A model generated the notes under the pieces. It made no database searches. It had not been told where the DNA came from and saw only the letters and a program-made list of their open reading frames with translations. This document shows, piece after piece, positions 57,817 through 64,000 of a stretch of DNA of 64,000 nt. Location: sequence record DRR723986_4815; one strand, 5' to 3'. Position 1 is the stretch's first letter, and every line of letters starts with the position of its first letter. Both the position numbers and the translations under genes were made by a program.

Positions 57817-59070
57817 CTAGTCAGATTCTTGGTCTTCAGGCATCGCCTGCGAATTATCCGCATGGTCGCGGTGCACCTCCTCCGCAACTGGCAAATCAGG
57901 CAGATCCTGAACCTTCGGCTTGCGTCGGCGTCGCGTTTTCGGAGGAATCAAGTCACGCATCAATTCTAGTTTGCCGAAGCATAGTAGCCGATCCCCAGAT
58001 TCAAGCACGCGCGTAGATTTTGGATTGGGGATTATCGAGCTGCCGCGATAGAGCGTGAGTACGTTCAGGTCGCGCTCGCGCAGCCCTGATTCCCCGATCG
58101 TCTTGCCGACAAACTTGGAACCATCCGGCAAGTGGATCTCGGTAACTCCATACCCGCGACTAACCGTCAATCGCTGGCGTACGTCAATCTCCGGGAAATC
58201 GACTTGTGCAGCAATGTAGTCAACGATCGCGCCGGCGATATCGAGTTGCGTGCAGCGTTCGATACCCTCTAGTCCTGGCGACGAGTTGACTTCCATGATC
58301 TGGGGGCCATCTTTGCCCTCCAGCATGTCAACGCCAGCCACACGGAGACCGAGGATTTGGGTCGCTCGAAGTGCAGTTTCGCAATAGGATTCATCCAAGA
58401 GTACCGGTTCGGTAATTCCACCGCGATGCACGTTGCTACGGAACTCTTGTCCTTGAGCAACACGTCGCATCGCAGCAACGACCTGATCACCAACGACAAA
58501 TGCCCGAACATCGCGGCCACGGCTTTCCGATATAAATTTTTGGATCAGAACGTTTTGCTTCTGACTCTGCAGCAGCTCGACGAGTGCCTCCGCAGATTTT
58601 TCAGTTTCGGCGAGCAATACGCCGATTCCCTGCGTTCCCTCGAGCAATTTGATGATCACCGGCGCGCCACCGACTCTGCGTATGGCCGGAATGACATCTT
58701 TCTTGTCGGTGACAAACGTTGTCCGCGGAATACCCACTTGGTGTTTGCTCAAGATTTGAAGGCTGCGCAGTTTGTCTCTCGAGTTGGAGATGCCCGATGA
58801 TGAATTGGCGCAGAAGACATCCATTTGCTCAAACTGCCGCACCAGGGCTGTGCCGAAGTTCGTTATTGAAGCGCCGATCCTTGGCAACACAGCATCGTAA
58901 TCGGAGAGTTGCTTGCGGCGGAAGTAAAGGTCTGGTTCACCTTTTTGTAAGTCAATTGAAAACCGAAGCGTGTCGAGAACCTTCGTCTGGTGTCCACGTT
59001 GCAGTGCAGCCTCCTTCAGGCGTCGAGTGCTGTAGCATCTAGGGCTTCTGGAAAGGATTGCAAATTTCAT
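57817..59070 (-). CDS. rimK: RimK-family alpha-L-glutamate ligase fused to a C-terminal TrkA-C/RCK_C domain
   Basis: YSTRRL, PRIGAS, RDKLRSLQ, KLLEGTQGIGV, FRSNVHRGG and EVNSSPGLEGIE motifs, then SKFVGKTIGESGLRERDLNVLTLYRG..IIPNP....LESGDRLL. Start set at MKFAILS. Confidence 0.93.
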   Translation of the reverse strand: MKFAILSRSPRCYSTRRLKEAALQRGHQTKVLDTLRFSIDLQKGEPDLYFRRKQLSDYDAVLPRIGASITNFGTALVRQFEQMDVFCANSSSGISNSRDKLRSLQILSKHQVGIPRTTFVTDKKDVIPAIRRVGGAPVIIKLLEGTQGIGVLLAETEKSAEALVELLQSQKQNVLIQKFISESRGRDVRAFVVGDQVVAAMRRVAQGQEFRSNVHRGGITEPVLLDESYCETALRATQILGLRVAGVDMLEGKDGPQIMEVNSSPGLEGIERCTQLDIAGAIVDYIAAQVDFPEIDVRQRLTVSRGYGVTEIHLPDGSKFVGKTIGESGLRERDLNVLTLYRGSSIIPNPKSTRVLESGDRLLCFGKLELMRDLIPPKTRRRRKPKVQDLPDLPVAEEVHRDHADNSQAMPEDQESD

Positions 59071-59116
59071 GGTCGCTTGCGTGCTATCTTGGAGAGAGCG
59101 AGGATCGTTAAATCTA

Positions 59117-59575
59117 CTAGTTGGCTGGTGTCTTCGGGATGCCGCCGAGGTACGATTTTCCGGCATCGACGAGGAAGCGTTTCCGAAACGCTTGGCGACC
59201 GAGCAGCATACGAAAACCCATTTGGTCGCGATTGGTCAGTGTCAGTTCGACTGGCCAAATGCCCCCGTGAAGCGTTATCTGGGTCATGATGACGGGCCGT
59301 AGTTCAGCTTTACCGCTTGAGCTTCGAACCGATCGGAAATCGAGCACCTTCGCTTGCACTTGAACGATTTCGGTCGTCTTTCGGTGCAGCGGATGTACTT
59401 CAAACTCCACCCAGTCTTCTTCGTCGCGCGTGAATTGCTTGATGCTTAGCGCGTGCAGTGCCGATGATCTCGCACCGCTGTCAACTTTGGCTTTTACTTT
59501 GGGGATGCCCAGGTCGGGAAGGCCGACCCACTCACGCCAACCGATAACAGGGAGTTCCTTGGGTTTCTTCTGCAT
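59117..59575 (-). CDS. RimB-like retropepsin-fold protease (the 'putative ATP-dependent zinc protease' family)
   Basis: IGWREWV.LP, KAKVDSGARSSALHA, VRSSSG..E.RPVI and LTNRDQMGFRMLLGR motifs. Confidence 0.9.
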   Translation of the reverse strand: MQKKPKELPVIGWREWVGLPDLGIPKVKAKVDSGARSSALHALSIKQFTRDEEDWVEFEVHPLHRKTTEIVQVQAKVLDFRSVRSSSGKAELRPVIMTQITLHGGIWPVELTLTNRDQMGFRMLLGRQAFRKRFLVDAGKSYLGGIPKTPAN

Positions 59576-59649
59576 GTTCGATTTTCACTTCGAGTAGTCC
59601 GAGAGTCTTCGTTTCATCCAAAAGCTAAGCCTGGTAGAGTTGCACGAGG

Positions 59650-60978
59650 CTACTCTCCAATTGCAAACAATCGATGCCCGATGCGGATGACCAGTTTGCC
59701 GTCTGTGGCGGCGACACCGTAGACGGTCGGGCCGTTGAACATGGCAGCCGCCTGCCGCCGCTCGGCAGTGCTCTCCTCAGTCTGCAGCGAGCTGTCAGGG
59801 GGAAGTTGCTCTTTTGACCAAAGCTGACTCTCAGATAACACTTCAAATTCTCGCCCAGCCTTCACGGCGGAAGTCAAACCGCCTTTGCCGAAGAACAGAA
59901 TCGTATCGCCAACTACCAACGGAGTTGCCCAGCAGGATTCCTTCAGTCGCTGGGTGTAAACGGTCTCGCCGTTGCTTGCATCGATGCAATAAAGTGCTCC
60001 GACGCGATTAACCCAGTAGGCGAATCCGTCGTGATGAATAGGCGAAGCCCAGCTTGGAGACGCCTTTGCATTGGACCATAACTTCTGAATGCTCCAGGAC
60101 TCTTTGCCAGGTTCGTCTGTTACGGAGACTTGCATCATGCAGTTGGAAACCTTCGACATCTTGGCATTTTCTCCACTGCGACCAGCGCTTGCGCCAACGA
60201 GAAATCGGCCCTCGCCGCAGTCCATTGGCGTAGTGCCTGTGTTGCCGCCAATGTCGGTGTAGTTCCACAGTTGGTTCCCGCTAGCGGGCGCGTAGCCGTC
60301 GATACTTCCTGCCGAGCTGACAACGATGGCTTGTTTGCCAGAAACGTTCAGCATCATGGGGGACGTCCAGCTACGGCGAGACTCGCGCTTTGTCTTCCAG
60401 TCGGTCTTGCCGGTCTGTTTGTTCAGTGCGACCAGGTAGCTTGGCCCGTCATGTTCTAACAGAACGAAAACGTGTGATTCGTTTTGACAAGGTGATGCGC
60501 CTAGGCCGAATTCCGCATTCAGTGGTCCAGTTTCGTCGGTTAGCTTCCGCTGCCAAAGCGTCTCGCCATCGTGGGAGTAGGCCGTACAGTCACCACTTTC
60601 GAACTGCACAACCACACGGTCGCCGTCAACGACCGGCGTCGGCGCAGCCCGACTAACGTACAGACTATTCTTGACGGGATTGGAATTGGCCGACGCTTTA
60701 TTCCAGAGCTGCTTGCCGGTTTTGAGGTCAAAGCAGGTTGTAATCTGGGATTCTTTGTTTGGACCGTCGACGCTCGTAACGAACACTCGATTGCCCCAGA
60801 TAACGGGGCTCGACTGGCCGTGACCTTTAATTGCGGCTTGCCAACTGACACTGTCTGGCGACCACTGCGTGGGTGTGCTCGCGCCGCTAAGGTCCGATCC
60901 AGCGCCTAGGAACGCTGGCCAGTGGGCGCTGCCATCAGCAAACAGGATGACGACCGACATGAGGGCAGTTGTGAGCAT
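59650..60978 (-). CDS. Secreted PQQ-like/BamB-like beta-propeller protein
   Basis: WPAFLG, GHGQSSPVIWGNRVFVT, repeated 'TGK..W' blades and WATP. Confidence 0.88.
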   Translation of the reverse strand: MLTTALMSVVILFADGSAHWPAFLGAGSDLSGASTPTQWSPDSVSWQAAIKGHGQSSPVIWGNRVFVTSVDGPNKESQITTCFDLKTGKQLWNKASANSNPVKNSLYVSRAAPTPVVDGDRVVVQFESGDCTAYSHDGETLWQRKLTDETGPLNAEFGLGASPCQNESHVFVLLEHDGPSYLVALNKQTGKTDWKTKRESRRSWTSPMMLNVSGKQAIVVSSAGSIDGYAPASGNQLWNYTDIGGNTGTTPMDCGEGRFLVGASAGRSGENAKMSKVSNCMMQVSVTDEPGKESWSIQKLWSNAKASPSWASPIHHDGFAYWVNRVGALYCIDASNGETVYTQRLKESCWATPLVVGDTILFFGKGGLTSAVKAGREFEVLSESQLWSKEQLPPDSSLQTEESTAERRQAAAMFNGPTVYGVAATDGKLVIRIGHRLFAIGE

Positions 60979-61225
60979 TATGGATTCCTAGTTGTTGTCA
61001 GACTCGAGTTTTCGCAAACCATCTCCGGCAGTCCAAGCCGTCAGACTTTGTGGGAAGGCCTAGTAGCACAAGGCCGCTAGTAACAGGCTGGTCACGCGAC
61101 GAAGTGGGCGGGGTTCAAACGTCCTGAGGTCTCGTCAAGTAGAACACTCGGAGGCGAGTTTTGCGAGTAGCCAGCCGCGGCGTTTCAAGAATCGGTCGGG
61201 AGGGACAAGCAGAGCTTGTGCCCCT

Positions 61226-61690
61226 CTACCAGAGTTTTTCGAGAACTTTGTAGTGCGGGTCGGTAAAGCCCGTTTTTTGATAAACGCCCTGAGCCCGCTC
61301 GTTGTCGACCTCAACGTACAGACGAAGTCCCAGTGTGTCGGGCTCAGATTCGCAAAGCTCACTAACGTGATCTAGCAGGCGGCGAAAAACACCGATGCCA
61401 CGATATTCCTGGGCGACATATACGCTCTGAATCCAGACAATCCAGCCGTTTCTCCAATCGCTCCATTCGCGTGTGAGCAGCAAGCAGCCAACTGGTCGAT
61501 CACGATCACAAGCGACGAAGTACCTCGCCTCTTGGCCTTGTTGCATGCCGCGTTTCACGCCGGCAAGCACCATGTCCCGGCTCAACTCTTTGTCTTCCGT
61601 TTCACGTGCGATTCCGCAATTGAAATCAGCCAAAACTTCCGCATCGCCTTCAACGGCCGGTCGAATGGTAATCTGTTCAATCGAAACCAT
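61226..61690 (-). CDS. GNAT acetyltransferase
   Basis: EWSDWRNG..WIQSVYV..EYRGIGVF, LRLYVE.DN..AQ.VY.K.GF motifs. Confidence 0.9.
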   Translation of the reverse strand: MVSIEQITIRPAVEGDAEVLADFNCGIARETEDKELSRDMVLAGVKRGMQQGQEARYFVACDRDRPVGCLLLTREWSDWRNGWIVWIQSVYVAQEYRGIGVFRRLLDHVSELCESEPDTLGLRLYVEVDNERAQGVYQKTGFTDPHYKVLEKLW

Positions 61691-61754
61691 AAGGTCGTCT
61701 TTGCGGAATACAGGCGGCTTGCCCCGGGTGGAAGTGTTTGAGCTGCCGTGCGGT

Positions 61755-62561
61755 CTAGAATTTATGACCCTTTTGAGGGCCGTTCTCAGTCTTCGTCAAC
61801 AGTTCGGGACCTTCTTCGGTCATCAGGATCGAGTGTTCGAACTGGGCGGTCAGTCGGCGGTCACGAGTACGAACGGTCCAGCCGTCGCTCTTGTCCAGTT
61901 GGGTAAAGCGGGTGCCCGCGTTGATCATCGGCTCAACGGTGAAGCACATGCCTGGCAGGATCTTCTGCTGTCGCGACTTGCGATCAGGGTAGTGTGGCAC
62001 GTTGGGAGGCTGGTGGAAATTCTGACCAAGTCCGTGACCAACGTACTCGCGGACAACTGAGAAGCCTCGCTTGTGCGCCTCTTCAACGATCGCATCTCCA
62101 ATGGCGCTGACCGTGCAGCCCGGGTGCAAGGCATCGATGCCAAGATGCATGCAGTCAAATGCGGCTTGGGTTACCGCGCGAGCTTCATCGCTGACTTCGC
62201 CAATCAAGAATGTTTCGGATTGGTCACCATGCCATCCGTCCACAACACTTGTAATATCAACGTTGACGATATCACCATCAACTAGCACGGTGTTGTCGGG
62301 AATGCCGTGGCAGATGACTTCGTTGACACTCGTGCAGCAACTCTTTGTGAAGCCCAGGTAGCCGAGTGTGGCGGCGGTATGGCCGTGCGACTTCGTGTAC
62401 TCAACCACCAAATCGTCGATCGACTGAGTCGTAATGCCCGGCCGAATATGCTCACGAATGTGGTCCATTAGGCTGGCATTGAACTTGCCCGCCGCTCGCA
62501 TGCTCTCGCGACCGCTGTGGCCGAGCAGTAGTTTTCGGCTTTTCTTTTCTTTTTGCAGCAT
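61755..62561 (-). CDS. map: Methionine aminopeptidase type I
   Basis: [41 protein letters not shown] and AQFEHS motifs. Start set at MLQKEK. Confidence 0.95.
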   Translation of the reverse strand: MLQKEKKSRKLLLGHSGRESMRAAGKFNASLMDHIREHIRPGITTQSIDDLVVEYTKSHGHTAATLGYLGFTKSCCTSVNEVICHGIPDNTVLVDGDIVNVDITSVVDGWHGDQSETFLIGEVSDEARAVTQAAFDCMHLGIDALHPGCTVSAIGDAIVEEAHKRGFSVVREYVGHGLGQNFHQPPNVPHYPDRKSRQQKILPGMCFTVEPMINAGTRFTQLDKSDGWTVRTRDRRLTAQFEHSILMTEEGPELLTKTENGPQKGHKF

Positions 62562-62903
62562 AGTCTTGGTCTTCTGTCGGCGGGGAAAGCCCTGCAAGCG
62601 TTCGGTGCGGGCGTAACGTCGGATGCCACAGCAGTTTGAGGCGATTTCGATGCGGCCCTGCAGTATATCTCGGCACAGGACGTTTTGAAAACGCAAATCA
62701 TTCCTTGGGTTTCGGTGGGAGGAGCGGCCTTTGGCACCGGTTGCATGGGGCTGGTGTGTGCGATGCGGGATTCACTGCACTGCGGTGGTAAAGCATGTCA
62801 TGGGCAGCCAGGCGCTACGAGAAGCCGGCGGTGCTCAGGGCGGGAATGCTGCAAGAGTGGCAAAATTATTGTGAAAACGCGAAACTTCCGATTGGTAACT
62901 ATG

Positions 62904-62924
62904 TTTACTTTACGGTAGAGTAAA
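62904..62924. promoter_or_regulatory. Candidate TetR operator (near-perfect palindrome)
   Basis: tttactttacggtagagtaaa matches its reverse complement except for one pair and the centre base. It lies 60 nt upstream of the TetR start in an AT-rich stretch. Confidence 0.6.
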
Positions 62925-62984
62925 GTTAGTTGCTCGGTACGTCCGAACAATTGGCTTGAGAAACGGTCCTCGACAGGCAGGAAA

Positions 62985-63707
62985 ATGAACGACGCAAGGC
63001 GAGAAAAGGGCAAGGCGACGCGGCAGTTGATACTCCAACGGGCAATCGAGCTGTTTCTTAGCGAAGGTTACTCCACAACCAGTATCGACCGTGTCGCCGA
63101 GGCTGCTGGGGTGACGAAGCCGACCGTCTACAGTCATTTCCAATCCAAGACGGGGTTATTCAAGGCCGCCGTCAATGCAAGTGCTGAGCAACGTGCTGGC
63201 AAACTGGGAGAACTGTTGCGAGTCACTGATGACGCCGCGCACGACTTGGAGCGATTCGGCGAGAAGTTTCTCGGGATCGTTTTGAGTCCGGAAGCAGACT
63301 CGTGGGACCGGATCGCAGCCGCCGAAGCTCGGACGCACCCCGAGGTTGGGCGGATGTTCTACGACGCTGGGCCGAGGCGGGTAAATGAAGCACTTGCTAA
63401 CTATATGAAGCAGCAAACTGAAGCAGGGTTGTTGTCCGTCGAATCACATCAGGAGGCTGCTGAGCTATTCATTGGGATGCTTCTGGGAATCGATCTGCTA
63501 AGAACCCGCATCGGTGCGCCGCCTCCCAACAAGTCGCAGATTCAACGGAAGTGCAAGACGGCGGTTGCAGCGTTTCTCGCGGCCTTTGGTCCGGCGGCTA
63601 GTTCGCCATCTCGATCCGCCCGTCTCGGTGCAGCAGGCAGTGAAGTAAACAGTGCAGCAGACAGCGCCAACTCGAAGAAGACCACAGACGAGGAGCACAA
63701 GCAATGA
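62985..63707 (+). CDS. TetR/AcrR family transcriptional regulator
   Basis: ILQRAIELFLSEGY..TSIDRVAEAAGVTKPTVYSHFQSK helix-turn-helix. Confidence 0.95.
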   Translation: MNDARREKGKATRQLILQRAIELFLSEGYSTTSIDRVAEAAGVTKPTVYSHFQSKTGLFKAAVNASAEQRAGKLGELLRVTDDAAHDLERFGEKFLGIVLSPEADSWDRIAAAEARTHPEVGRMFYDAGPRRVNEALANYMKQQTEAGLLSVESHQEAAELFIGMLLGIDLLRTRIGAPPPNKSQIQRKCKTAVAAFLAAFGPAASSPSRSARLGAAGSEVNSAADSANSKKTTDEEHKQ

Positions 63708-64000
63708 GCATGCGTTTGCAATTCCTGAGATCACGCCGCTTGCTCTGGTTGCCACCAGTCTTGGTCGGCGTGGGCGTTCTCGCTTTCTTCATCAGAGGTA
63801 AACGCGAGCTGCCAAGGAAAGAGATTCAAGAGGTCGCGGTACCAATTCGTGTGATCGAAATCAAGCCAAAGGACATTGTGCCGTCGGCAACGGGTTTCGG
63901 CTCGGCAAGCCCTTCTCGAAAGTGGAGTGCCGTAGCTGAGGTATCCGGAAGAGTTGTCGAAGTGAATCCCAGGTTGGAGTCGGGCAATGTCGTCCAGGCA
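63704..64000 (+). CDS. RND efflux periplasmic adaptor subunit, 3'-truncated (absent from the ORF track)
   Basis: My translation: MSMRLQFLRSRRLLWLPPVLVGVGVLAFF...VPIRVIEI...ATGFGSASPSRKWSAVAEVSGRVVEVNPRLESGNVVQA. ATGA overlap with the TetR stop. Confidence 0.85.
   Translation, partial: MSMRLQFLRSRRLLWLPPVLVGVGVLAFFIRGKRELPRKEIQEVAVPIRVIEIKPKDIVPSATGFGSASPSRKWSAVAEVSGRVVEVNPRLESGNVVQA

Noticed and set aside
60979-61225. Possible cobalamin riboswitch (gggaaggc) upstream of the PQQ-propeller gene
   Set aside because: The motif is on the wrong strand for that gene and the other B12-box elements are not visible.

Overview
Chromosomal segment of a planctomycete (Pirellulaceae-like). The call rests on the LExRxLLA N-terminal motif, GEVED and dockerin-like giant proteins, DUF1080, a BamB-like PQQ propeller and mcsA-mcsB. 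The first 31 kb hold two tandem, co-oriented, paralogous giant extracellular protein genes (over 3848 aa, 5'-truncated; and 6452 aa). By eye they share one collinear scaffold (beta-helix, PPC-like, jelly-roll, Ig-like, GEVED, cadherin-like repeats, dockerin-like, acidic tail). They differ mainly in which loops carry plug-in domains, including a roughly 100-aa 'FEFD' module that appears nested inside copies of itself. The complete paralog has one intact and one zinc-ligand-less metzincin domain. The remaining 33 kb are housekeeping and accessory genes: dusB, GT4, ilvD, DUF1080 fusion, DapA-like aldolase, MacAB-type and FtsX-type ABC systems, PhoD-like, folK, DUF533, trpE, mcsA-mcsB, acs, ThuA-like, a RimB-like protease/RimK-RCK_C/M14 peptidase operon, PQQ propeller, GNAT, map, and TetR plus an RND adaptor. 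I saw no rRNA, tRNA, CRISPR array or mobile element. All domain calls come from motif recognition by eye, not database searches.
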